36,054 nt of DNA from Promethearchaeota archaeon (lineage in GTDB: Archaea; Asgardarchaeota; Lokiarchaeia; Sigyniarchaeales; SOKP01), in contig JAFGGO010000088.1 in the NCBI GenBank assembly GCA_016930515.1, positions 1 through 36,054 of the forward strand. Direction: 5' to 3'. A program made the position numbers and the translations under genes. Position 1 is the stretch's first letter. Every line of letters begins with the position of its first letter. Below the pieces are notes generated by a model. The model did not search any database. It saw nothing but the letters and a program-made list of their open reading frames with translations, and had not been told where the DNA came from. Positions 1-8,926 of the stretch are shown in pieces.

Positions 1-175
1 AAAACGGTGTTTTTCTCAAATTCTTTATAAAAATGATAATATTATTATATAGTAATTTAGAGCAATATTCATATTAATGCATTTAATGCTTGAATCCTTC
101 ACTTTTGTACCACATGAGTTTAATTTATTTTTCTCATTTAATAATTTATGAATATTTATAAATCGTCATTTCAAA

Positions 176-748
176 TTGAGGGGAAGCAACACGGCAAATA
201 CTAAAGGAGGAATCGCTTTAGGCATCATTGCCTTAATTGTTGGTGCTGGAGGAATTGTTTTATGGGGATATAGTACCTTTTTGGCTCCAAACAGTCCCAA
301 TGTAACAGATCTAGCTACATCTCTATGCGCAAGAGTTTATTCTTCAACAAGTAGAACAATACCTTCTGGCCCTGGTGGCCCACAATCAATTAACTTTGAT
401 AGCAAGGACTACGATCCAGGCAATCATTTTGACCTTGAGGAAGACCAGTACAATATATCTGTTGCTGGTATATACGATTTTTTTGGAAGGATAACGGTAT
501 CTTCAACAGCACCAGGGGAAGTCTATTACTTGCATATATTTATTAACGACGAATATTCCTGCGAAGTTTACAATGTGGTTAGCTCTGGGGGAACGCTCAT
601 GGATTCAATTCGTTATTCCACGAGATTAAATCCTGGAGATTATGTGAGTTTAAAATTAAACGCAAATGTTGCATCAAAAACCCTTTATGTAGGAACTACA
701 GATATTGATACATGGGTTTGGTTCTCCATCCAATACATAGGCTCCTAA
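176..748 (+). CDS. Membrane-anchored C1q/TNF-like domain surface protein (true start possibly ACG at 191)
   Basis: N-terminal TKG + hydrophobic helix; C1q-like pattern INFDSKDYDPGNHFD...AGIYDFFGRI...LNPGDYVSL; paralog of 34070-34612. Confidence 0.7.
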   Translation: MRGSNTANTKGGIALGIIALIVGAGGIVLWGYSTFLAPNSPNVTDLATSLCARVYSSTSRTIPSGPGGPQSINFDSKDYDPGNHFDLEEDQYNISVAGIYDFFGRITVSSTAPGEVYYLHIFINDEYSCEVYNVVSSGGTLMDSIRYSTRLNPGDYVSLKLNANVASKTLYVGTTDIDTWVWFSIQYIGS

Positions 749-773
749 ATTTAGACTCTTTTTTTCATTTTTT

Positions 774-1401
774 TTATAAATGATTTTCGATAATATATTT
801 CAACTCCTTGAAAGACGATATTTCAAATTTGGAACAATAAGGGATATTTGCTGCATTTTTTACAAATTTAAGTGTTTTTATTCCAAATTTAGAAGCCGAT
901 TCGAGATTGTTGAGGTTATCGTCAATAAACACACAATCCTCGGGTTTAGCGTTTAATTTTTCCAACAAATATTTGAATATTTTGGGATCGGGCTTGAGTA
1001 GTCCCACGTCCCCACTAATAACGACAATAGAAAATAGATATTGAATATTATGTTTAAATCTCAAATAATGGGACCATTCCTTCACATCGTTGGAAAGCAA
1101 CGCCAAACAATAATTTTTTTTTAAATTTTTGAGCGATTGGAACGAATTCAGGGTCGATCTTGAGAAAATAGTTCAAATATAGCGTTTCGATCTCGGGATA
1201 GTGATCGCCTAAACCTAGTCTATTCCAAAAATCCTTCGACGAAATCTCACCCAGGCTCGCCTCTATATACGCCTTTTCCACGAGGAGCTGGCTCATTCTC
1301 TTGTTCTGGCGTTGAATAAATGGCACCAATAACTCCCTCACATCGTCCCCTACCTCGTACACGACGCCCATGGCGTCAAAGATCGACCATTTCTTAGACA
1401 T
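774..1401 (-). pseudogene. HAD-superfamily hydrolase, frameshifted in an A9 tract
   Basis: N-half has IFDAMGV (motif I-like); C-half has LLSN, LKPDPKIF and FIDD. Removing one A from the T9 run at 1114-1122 joins the frames (FKKNYCLALLSND). Confidence 0.85.
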
Positions 1402-1492
1402 AATATCTTAATTAAATGAGTGTATCAAAAGAATATAATTTTTCCCTTCCCTAAAAAACAACTTTAATACCCGCCAATGCTTATGTCACGAG

Positions 1493-2263
1493 ATGGATCA
1501 GGAACCATTAAATCACGAGCTCCTAAGAAACGATTATACTCTTGAAAAAGCTGCTTTTCTTCAAGAAAAGTGGCGAACCAAGCTGGACGAGGAAGAAAAG
1601 GGCGAAGGTTATTTTTTAAAGAGCGAGGACGTGCGTCTCGTCGCAGGCGTGGACATATCCTTTCCAAAAGAGCTCGAACCGACTTGGGGCGTGGCCTGTG
1701 CCGTGCTCTGGGATTACGAGGAAGGAAAGATGCTAACATCCGAAATCGTGAGAGGGAATCTTCCTTTCCCTTACACGCCAGGATATCTTGGTTTTCGAGA
1801 GAATCAACTCGTTGCTCGAAGCGTCTTGAAACTAACTCGAAGACCTGACATCGTCATGTGCGACGGAAACGGAGAGATTCACCCGAAACGCTTCGGAGAA
1901 GCCACGCATTTAGGAGTTGCATTAGAATTACCCACATTTGGAGTTGCAAAAACCCCTTTCATAGGACGATCCGAGTGGAAGTCCATTGCTCGAAAGAAAG
2001 GAAACAAGACACCCGTGATTCTTATGGGCGAGAGCGAACAAGAGCCCCCCAAACTAATTCTTGGAGAAGCCATATGCCTTACCAACAATTGCAAGCCCGT
2101 ATTTCTTAGCGGAGGTTATCGAGTTTCATTAGAACTTGCCCTTGAAATCGCCTTGAATTGCTCCAAGGATCACCGTCAACCAGAACCGTTGATACTTGCT
2201 GACAATATCTCTCGAAAGGTAATTCACAAGTTCGAAAAAAATCCAGAATCCAATAAGCAATAA
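1493..2263 (+). CDS. nfi: Endonuclease V
   Basis: Motifs VAGVDISF, FPYTPGYLGFRE, CDGNGEIHP..FGEATHLG, GVAK, KPVFLSGG, RQPEP. Confidence 0.95.
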   Translation: MDQEPLNHELLRNDYTLEKAAFLQEKWRTKLDEEEKGEGYFLKSEDVRLVAGVDISFPKELEPTWGVACAVLWDYEEGKMLTSEIVRGNLPFPYTPGYLGFRENQLVARSVLKLTRRPDIVMCDGNGEIHPKRFGEATHLGVALELPTFGVAKTPFIGRSEWKSIARKKGNKTPVILMGESEQEPPKLILGEAICLTNNCKPVFLSGGYRVSLELALEIALNCSKDHRQPEPLILADNISRKVIHKFEKNPESNKQ

Positions 2264-2290
2264 ATTCAATTTAAAATTGGAGATTGCAAG

Positions 2291-2758
2291 ATGAAAAAGA
2301 ACGAGAACAAGAAAGCTTTCAAGTTGATTGGGTTAGGGGGTACTTTTGATCACCTTCACGACGGTCACAAATTTCTTCTCAGAACAGCCGTTAAATTAGG
2401 AGATCACCTCGCCATTGCGCTCGCTACCGAGGCGCTCCTAGGCTCTAAACAGCACAAACACGTTATAGAGTCGTACGATATTAGAGAAAGAGTCTTATGC
2501 TCGTATCTCGAAGGCGTATTAGGACTTACTCGCGAAAAATATACCATAATACCCTTGAACGACCCGTTTGGTTCAGCGATCACCGATCCGAACCTCGAAG
2601 CTCATGTGAGCAGTGCCGAGACATTCGAAACGGCTTTAAAGATTAACGAGATTCGCACCCAAAACGGTCTTAATCCCATGATCCTGGTCGTGATTCCAAT
2701 CGTGTGTGATGCAAAAGGAAATAAACTTAGTTCAACGAACATTCGATCGTGTCTTTAG
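2291..2758 (+). CDS. coaD: Archaeal-type phosphopantetheine adenylyltransferase
   Basis: GGTFDHLHDGH (HxGH), LNDPFG, INEIR..NGL.P, KLSSTNIR. Confidence 0.92.
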   Translation: MKKNENKKAFKLIGLGGTFDHLHDGHKFLLRTAVKLGDHLAIALATEALLGSKQHKHVIESYDIRERVLCSYLEGVLGLTREKYTIIPLNDPFGSAITDPNLEAHVSSAETFETALKINEIRTQNGLNPMILVVIPIVCDAKGNKLSSTNIRSCL

Positions 2759-2806
2759 TAAAGAATAATAAATAAAAACTAGATTAGAGAAAAGAAAGAA
2801 TTCGCA

Positions 2807-3568
2807 ATGAAGATTACATTTTTAGGAACGGCTGGAAGTACGATGTCGAAGGAAAGGGGATTTCCGTCAATCCTCGTTGACGACAACCTACTCTTGGATT
2901 GTGGCGAGGGTACGACGCAAAAATTACTAAAATTAGAAAAAATGGGCTCCATTAAAACGATATGTCTTACCCACTTGCACAACGACCACTTTCTTGGCCT
3001 ATTTTCGCTTTTATGGCATTATTGGATAAACAAGCGCACCGAGGATCTCGAGCTCATCGGTCCCGAGGGCACCAAAAAAACCGTCGAAACCATCTTGGAA
3101 TTAATCAACACGCCACAAGACATGATGAGCTCTTTTCAAGTTCGCTACAAGGAATTAAAACCAGCGAATAAATCAGCATCTGTTCAGGATAAGTCCGATT
3201 TAACTTACGCGAGCGTCGACCATCGCATTCCTGCTTTAGCTTTTCGAATAGAAAGGGACGGTAAATCGTCGTGTTATACCGGTGACTCGAAGCCCGTTCA
3301 AACCGTCATCGATCTCGCAAGCAAGTGCGATCTTCTAATCTGCGAATCCACGCTTCCAGACGAGATGGCAGACTTTGCCCACGATCACTATCACTTCACG
3401 CCTTCGGACGCTGCTCATTTGGCATCGGAATCGGATTGCAAGCGACTGGTTTTGTTTCACATCTCCTCGTTTTTTGCCAATCAGATGGATAGGTTCAAAC
3501 AACAGGCCGAAAAAGCGTTGGGAAAGTCCGTGATAATTGCGAAAGACTTGATGGAAATCGACTTGTAA
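2807..3568 (+). CDS. RNase Z-like metallo-beta-lactamase-fold hydrolase
   Basis: KITFLGT, LLDCGEG, THLHNDH, YTGDS, ICEST, LFHIS. Confidence 0.85.
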   Translation: MKITFLGTAGSTMSKERGFPSILVDDNLLLDCGEGTTQKLLKLEKMGSIKTICLTHLHNDHFLGLFSLLWHYWINKRTEDLELIGPEGTKKTVETILELINTPQDMMSSFQVRYKELKPANKSASVQDKSDLTYASVDHRIPALAFRIERDGKSSCYTGDSKPVQTVIDLASKCDLLICESTLPDEMADFAHDHYHFTPSDAAHLASESDCKRLVLFHISSFFANQMDRFKQQAEKALGKSVIIAKDLMEIDL

Positions 3569-3691
3569 GAAATTTAAAAATACTTTTGCATTTTTTCAAT
3601 AAATAATAATTTCTACTTGAAAACGAATCCTTATTTTATTCTGCCACTTAATAATAAATTAATTAAAAGATAAAATTGAATTATCATCCAA

Positions 3692-4192
3692 ATGTCGAAA
3701 AAAGACGAAAATGAAGGAATTTTTCAGGAAAATAACGAAATTCAAACGAGATCATCTAATCCTTTGAATAACATATCGTTATTTATTGAGCCGTTAGACA
3801 AAACAACCGTTAAATTAATCAAATTGGGAAGGGTTAATGATTTACAAAACGCAAGAGAAAGAGCAATCCTTCTCGAAGACGAAGCAAGTTGGGATTTGGA
3901 AGAAGCGCTTTCAATACTTGATGTGCATGACGGCCGCATTCTCGTGAATAGAACATTAAAGGATGCCCGATTTAAAATGGTTAAAACCTACCTCTTAGCC
4001 GCATTTAGGGATTGGTTATATGACTATAACTCGGGGAAAGACTCTCCAAAGAATATTGAAGTCGTAACTACCAATATTAGACTCCAAGAAGTCATAAAAA
4101 AAGCATCTTTTAGACAAATCGCAGGGATGATGTGGTCCGCCTTAGCACTGGCAATTCAGAAAATGGATGTTCTTAGTTCTCCACCACTTTAA
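3692..4192 (+). CDS. Stand-alone EF-2 domain IV-like protein
   Basis: Aligns with domain IV of archaeal EF-2 and of the next ORF (SSNPLNNISLFIEPL; VKTYLLAAFRDW; RQIAGMMWSALALA). Confidence 0.8.
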   Translation: MSKKDENEGIFQENNEIQTRSSNPLNNISLFIEPLDKTTVKLIKLGRVNDLQNARERAILLEDEASWDLEEALSILDVHDGRILVNRTLKDARFKMVKTYLLAAFRDWLYDYNSGKDSPKNIEVVTTNIRLQEVIKKASFRQIAGMMWSALALAIQKMDVLSSPPL

Positions 4193-4239
4193 TCTGCACG
4201 CTATTCATAAATAAAGAATTATTTGAGCTAAACATTATC

Positions 4240-5580
4240 ATGAATGAAAATTCCAAAACGGGATATAATCAAAAAGATGAAAACAACGATTTTTATATTA
4301 TCTCAAGTCCCATCGTTTCCCTGGACATCAAATTAAAAGATCCTCACGATATTGATAAGTTAACAGTTTTAGTTAAAGAAATTACGCGACAAGATCCTAC
4401 CACATTGATTTGGATGGAAAAGGAAACGGGCAAGTTTTTGGTAGGAGGAATCGATCCGTTTCAAGTAAAACTTATTGCCGAAAATATAAATGAACGAGTA
4501 GAAATTGAGATCGGAGAACCCAAGGTTGTATATCGCGAAAAAGCGTTAAAAATAAGCGACATGTTTCCTACCAAGTCTGCCAATTCGCTCAATCGTATTT
4601 TGGTGTTTGTCGAACCCTTGGAAAAAAAATTAGAAACTCTGATAAAAACGAGAAAACTTCACGAATTACAGGATGAAAAAGATAGGATAAAAGTCCTTAC
4701 GAGCGAATTGAATTGGGACGAAAGCCAAGCAAGCAAGGTCCTTGATGTGTATCGAACATGTATTCTCGTAAACGATGGAGCAAATATGCCTTACTTTCAC
4801 AAGGTAAAATCGTATTTAGTTGCAGCCTTTAGGGATTGGATCGGAGCGGGAATAATTGCAAAAGAGCCCGTTGATGGAATAAAGGTCGTGATAAAGAACA
4901 TGGAGATTTCCGAAGATTCACGATGTGCTGGATACAACCAAATTTCGGGAATGTTATGGGCAGGAATGAGCCTGGCGATGCTCGATGCTGATCCACACCT
5001 TTTTGAACCCGAAAACGAATTCACAATTACAACACCTGCAAGTGCTGTAAGACGAGCTTTTAGGATCATACACGACAATCGTGGTAGAATATTTAATATT
5101 AAGGTGGAGAGCGATAGCGAGATGCTTCAAGGGAAGGTTCCTTCTTCGGAATCCACCACATTAATGGAAAAATTATGTTCATTGAACGAAGAAACTCGGA
5201 TTTTAGAACTTAAATTCTCTGGTTTTGAAAAGGTACCTGCAAAATACGAGGAAAAGATCATATTAAAGCTACGAAAAAGAAAGGGAATGGCAGAACAAAT
5301 ACCTCAAATCTTTTCTTGGGGTGTTGGTGTTCGTGGAAAAATGATAGAAAAGGCAAGCAACTTGGTGGATAAAATATTGTCGATTATGGAAACGGAAGTC
5401 CTTAAGGAGGTGGTCATCGATAGAAAATATCTTCTAGAATTTGCAGACCCATCTCTTTGCATTGGTTACGAGATATATTTACCGGAATTAAAACGCGAGG
5501 TCGTTTTATGGCTACATACAGTTGGAATTAAAGTCGAAGTTCAAGGACACGCCATTAAATTTGGTAAATTAAAAAAATAA
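4240..5580 (+). CDS. Truncated EF-2 paralog (domains III-IV-V, no G domain) fused to an unknown C-terminal domain
   Basis: Domain III QDPT...ETG..L.G, EPKVVYRE; domain IV KSANSLNRILVFVEPL, G.IAKEPV; domain V LFEP...RGRI, LRKRKGM; no P-loop; extra ~75 aa tail. Confidence 0.9.
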   Translation: MNENSKTGYNQKDENNDFYIISSPIVSLDIKLKDPHDIDKLTVLVKEITRQDPTTLIWMEKETGKFLVGGIDPFQVKLIAENINERVEIEIGEPKVVYREKALKISDMFPTKSANSLNRILVFVEPLEKKLETLIKTRKLHELQDEKDRIKVLTSELNWDESQASKVLDVYRTCILVNDGANMPYFHKVKSYLVAAFRDWIGAGIIAKEPVDGIKVVIKNMEISEDSRCAGYNQISGMLWAGMSLAMLDADPHLFEPENEFTITTPASAVRRAFRIIHDNRGRIFNIKVESDSEMLQGKVPSSESTTLMEKLCSLNEETRILELKFSGFEKVPAKYEEKIILKLRKRKGMAEQIPQIFSWGVGVRGKMIEKASNLVDKILSIMETEVLKEVVIDRKYLLEFADPSLCIGYEIYLPELKREVVLWLHTVGIKVEVQGHAIKFGKLKK

Positions 5581-5629
5581 ATAACATAATAAATAGCAAG
5601 TCATTCCTACAATTGAGAGGGCCTTAATA

Positions 5630-5818
5630 ATGGAACTCATATACGCTGTTCTCTTTCTTCACGAAACTTCGAAAGATATAAGCGAACGATAGATAGAAAA
5701 TATTTTAAATGCCGCAGGTCTTAACATTGGGAATTTTGAAATTAATAAGGTTTTAAATGCCTTAAAAGGCAACAGCATTAATGAAATATTAGCAATCAAA
5801 GGTTCAACATCTTATTAA
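5630..5818 (+). pseudogene. Ribosomal stalk protein P1/L12p-like N-terminal domain with in-frame TAG (not in ORF track)
   Basis: MELIYAVLFLHETSKDISER*IENILNAAGLNIGNFEINKVLNALKGNSINEILA follows the archaeal P1 pattern MEYxYAALLLH..GKEI.E..L..VL.AAG........K.L..AL.G.NI.E.L; SD-like GAGAGG upstream; TAG at 5690-5692. Confidence 0.8.
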
Positions 5819-5852
5819 CAAATCTAAACCCTCAAGCGAAGCTGAATGGTTA

Positions 5853-6080
5853 ATGCAATCGAGCTTGGAAAAAATTCTTTCAATCATTAACGAAAAACAT
5901 TTAGGCGTATTGTTATTTGATAGAAATTACCTTCTTGAAATTATTAATAAATCCCTGTGTATTGTTTACGAAATGCCCGAATTCAAACCTGAATTCGAAT
6001 TGTTTCTCAAAAATAATGGAATAAATATTAATAAAGAAGGAAATTCCATCAAATTTACGCTCCAAAAAGAGCGTATTTAA
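5853..6080 (+). CDS. Unknown ~70-aa domain homologous to the C-terminal tail of 4240-5580; probably the frameshifted 3' half of the P1-like gene
   Basis: EKILSII...DRNYLLE...SLCIVYE...E.K.E...GI....GNSIKF versus DKILSIM...DRKYLLE...SLCIGYE...ELKRE...GI....GHAIKF; frame open from 5793, overlapping the end of the P1-like frame. Confidence 0.75.
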   Translation: MQSSLEKILSIINEKHLGVLLFDRNYLLEIINKSLCIVYEMPEFKPEFELFLKNNGININKEGNSIKFTLQKERI

Positions 6081-6236
6081 ATGATTAGAAAAAAATCCGA
6101 GACTTTGAATAAAGAAACCATTAAAATTCAGCTCAATTAATTAACATTTTTATCAATAATAATTAATTACCAAAAAATTATAAGAGTCTCAAATTTGATA
6201 TAACTTAGAACTTGAATAATTTTGAGGCAAAATGTG

Positions 6237-6419
6237 ATGACAACGGAAAAGGATACAATAATTAACATGATTAAATATCTTCCTGATGACGCAAGTGCAG
6301 AAGATATTACAGAAGCAATTTATGTTAGACAAAAGATCGAAAAAGGATTAGAAGATTCTCGAAACGGAAATACAATCACTCACGATGAAGCTAAAGAGCG
6401 CTTGGAACATTGGTTATGA
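6237..6419 (+). CDS. Small putative antitoxin-like protein (type usually paired with RelE/ParE toxins)
   Basis: LPDDASAEDITEAIYVRQKIEKGLEDSRNGNTITHDEAKERL pattern; no toxin ORF follows. Confidence 0.6.
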   Translation: MTTEKDTIINMIKYLPDDASAEDITEAIYVRQKIEKGLEDSRNGNTITHDEAKERLEHWL

Positions 6420-6534
6420 TAAAGCAGATAAAAAATATATCACAGAACCTTAATGAAATTTTATTTTCTATTATAAGAATCTTTCATAGAGACTACAATA
6501 AAATAAAGAGATTTCAAACTATAGAGAATTATTA

Positions 6535-8355
6535 ATGAAGATAACCGCATTAAGACTGAAGAGCCCCTTGGATAAGTACGAGGGAGACATCCATTTCGAA
6601 TCGCTCGACCTCATCAATGTGATTCTGGGCAAGAACAACTCAGGCAAGACGCGAACGCTCAAGCAGGTCTTTAGCACCTTGTCCAAAGAATGCTTTGAGG
6701 GATACGGGGACTCGAGCGCTATGAGGAAAATCGAGCTCGAAATATCAATCAAGGAGTTTGAAGAATTAATCGTTAAATACGAATCTAAAAACCCCTCAAG
6801 CATCGAGACCTCCACCATTCTTGATTGTTTGCGTCAATTATTGCAAGAAAAGGCGTTTTCCAATGTTTGTGATAATAATTTAATCGTTCGTTTCGAGCGG
6901 GAAGATACAAATCAACCGCTTGTCTTTAACTTGGAAGAAAAAACCTTCAAGAATGCTCGCCTTTCGTCTAAAATTAAATTCATAAGCGAAAAAGTTAAAA
7001 AAACGGTAATATCTCCAAACGATTTGTTTTTAACCCTTAAAGAAGGGTTCAAAGCGATCCTGCTTCCCTCGACGCGCTCCTTGGAGTCGAGTAGGACAAT
7101 ATTCGAATCCGTCCAGATGTCTTACACCAGGGATGTCTTGACGGACATCCTCGAGAACGGCTTTACTTCCAAAAGCGTGCCTAACGCCGACCTCAAACAC
7201 TTTGACCATTATTTAATCCCCAACTTCATCGTATTGTTGCGGTTAGTCCTCGAAGGAAAGATCGACCTCGTGGAGCGCTCGTTCTACCAAGAATTCGTGG
7301 GCGTGCTCGAAAGGATCTTTCCCGAGCTCCTGCTTGAAATCGAAACGAGGGATTTCACATTCATTGTAGAGGGCAATGACACCGAAATGGAGCGGGTTAT
7401 CGAGGATTGGAAGAGACTGGGACACGGAACGCAGCAGATCATGTCCATCATGCTTCTCATGATGCTTCCAGGAGATTTTCTCTATTTTATAGACGAACCC
7501 GAGATAGGACTTCATCCCGGCCTTCAAACCAAGTTTCTTCAATTCGTTCGGGAGGTAGTCGTTGGAGATCCCAGGTACTCCAAGCAAGTCTTTTTCTCCA
7601 CCCACTCCACGAGTTTCATAAATTTTCTTGAAAATTGCGCCCATTTTATTACACGAAAAGAAGGAAAGATGTTTTATATAGAATCGCTTAATAGAGAGAA
7701 TCTCCAACTCATTCGTGGCGAATTGGGACTCAAACCGAGCGACCTACTTCAGGCCAATGGGGTCGTGTGGGTTGAAGGCCCTTCAGATGTTTTTTACGTG
7801 AAAATGCTTTTCAAGTGCTTCGATGTGGACTTGGACGCCATAGATGTGCTTATCGCCACCTATGGTAGTTCGGGGCACTTAATCGCCAACCACTTCACGC
7901 TCGCCTTGATGGAGCGTTTACATCCGAATTTTGTGGTCATTACCGATAGCGACAAGGAATACGAGCGAGAGCGGATCAATCCCGCCCTCAGGCGCAAGAA
8001 AGACGAGTTCGAAATTGCGGGACACTTGGTCTGGATCATAGATCATTATCGAGACATCGAAGGGACCATCCCCCAAGATGCGATTTCTGATTTTTTTCGG
8101 GTTCGACGAAAGCTCTCACCAGAACAATATAAAAAACCGTATTCACGCTTGAAAGATTATGTAACCTACCTCAAGCAATTGGGTTTCGTGAGTCCGTACC
8201 GGGGATATCGAAAGACTCGAGACGCTCCACAGATAGCTCGAATCGTATTGAGGAACCCTAAATACAGGGAGAGCGTCAAGTCAAACGGATATATAAAGTA
8301 CAACATCGAACGCCTTTCAGTAGAAATATTCAAGTGGATAAAGACGATTCAATAG
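6535..8355 (+). CDS. OLD-family ATP-dependent nuclease (ABC ATPase + TOPRIM)
   Basis: Walker A GKNNSGKT, signature LGHGTQQ, Walker B/D-loop FIDEPEIGLHP, H-loop STHS, TOPRIM VWVEGPSD and ITDSD. Confidence 0.88.
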   Translation: MKITALRLKSPLDKYEGDIHFESLDLINVILGKNNSGKTRTLKQVFSTLSKECFEGYGDSSAMRKIELEISIKEFEELIVKYESKNPSSIETSTILDCLRQLLQEKAFSNVCDNNLIVRFEREDTNQPLVFNLEEKTFKNARLSSKIKFISEKVKKTVISPNDLFLTLKEGFKAILLPSTRSLESSRTIFESVQMSYTRDVLTDILENGFTSKSVPNADLKHFDHYLIPNFIVLLRLVLEGKIDLVERSFYQEFVGVLERIFPELLLEIETRDFTFIVEGNDTEMERVIEDWKRLGHGTQQIMSIMLLMMLPGDFLYFIDEPEIGLHPGLQTKFLQFVREVVVGDPRYSKQVFFSTHSTSFINFLENCAHFITRKEGKMFYIESLNRENLQLIRGELGLKPSDLLQANGVVWVEGPSDVFYVKMLFKCFDVDLDAIDVLIATYGSSGHLIANHFTLALMERLHPNFVVITDSDKEYERERINPALRRKKDEFEIAGHLVWIIDHYRDIEGTIPQDAISDFFRVRRKLSPEQYKKPYSRLKDYVTYLKQLGFVSPYRGYRKTRDAPQIARIVLRNPKYRESVKSNGYIKYNIERLSVEIFKWIKTIQ

Positions 8356-8497
8356 GGGCCTGATTTTTTGTTTGATGAGGATTTGCTTTTAAGATAGTTA
8401 TAATTCAAAAAAAATAAAGCATTAATTGCATTCTTATCATCATATAACCAAACTATATATAAAGCACTAGAACTTAGTTTTCAAGAGGAATATCATA

Positions 8498-8926
8498 TTG
8501 CCAAAATTCGACGAAAAAGCTGTTGCAGAATATAGGCGCCCTTTTGAAGAAAAGGGCGGAGACATCTTTATTGCTTTCGGAATCACGCCAGTTGAGATCG
8601 GTGAAGGTCGAGCGGTCATGAAAATGCCTTTTTGCCCCAACACTAGCCAATATACCGGGGTATTCGCTGCAGGAGCCTTGATTTCGCTCGCAGATATCAC
8701 TGCCACGGCAGCCTGTGTAAAATCAGATGGGGCATTTCCTTTCTCAGTTCAGCTGAATGCAAATCTGTTGCGCAATACCAATTCTGGTAACGCTACGGCT
8801 GAAGCATTGGTCGTTCATTCTGGCCGAACAATGAAGGTCATTGAAACTGTCGTTAGAGACGACGATGATAATGTTCTGGCGCGCGTAACGACTACACACC
8901 TTATTGCCTCTTCAGAAAAGAAGTGA
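8498..8926 (+). CDS. PaaI-family hotdog thioesterase
   Basis: GVFAAGALISLADITATAA, QLNANLLR, HSGRTMKV. Confidence 0.88.
   Translation: MPKFDEKAVAEYRRPFEEKGGDIFIAFGITPVEIGEGRAVMKMPFCPNTSQYTGVFAAGALISLADITATAACVKSDGAFPFSVQLNANLLRNTNSGNATAEALVVHSGRTMKVIETVVRDDDDNVLARVTTTHLIASSEKK

Noticed and set aside
5690-5692. Pyrrolysine or genome-wide TAG reassignment
   Set aside because: TAG terminates normal genes here, no pyl genes are in the window, and the same gene also has a frameshift.
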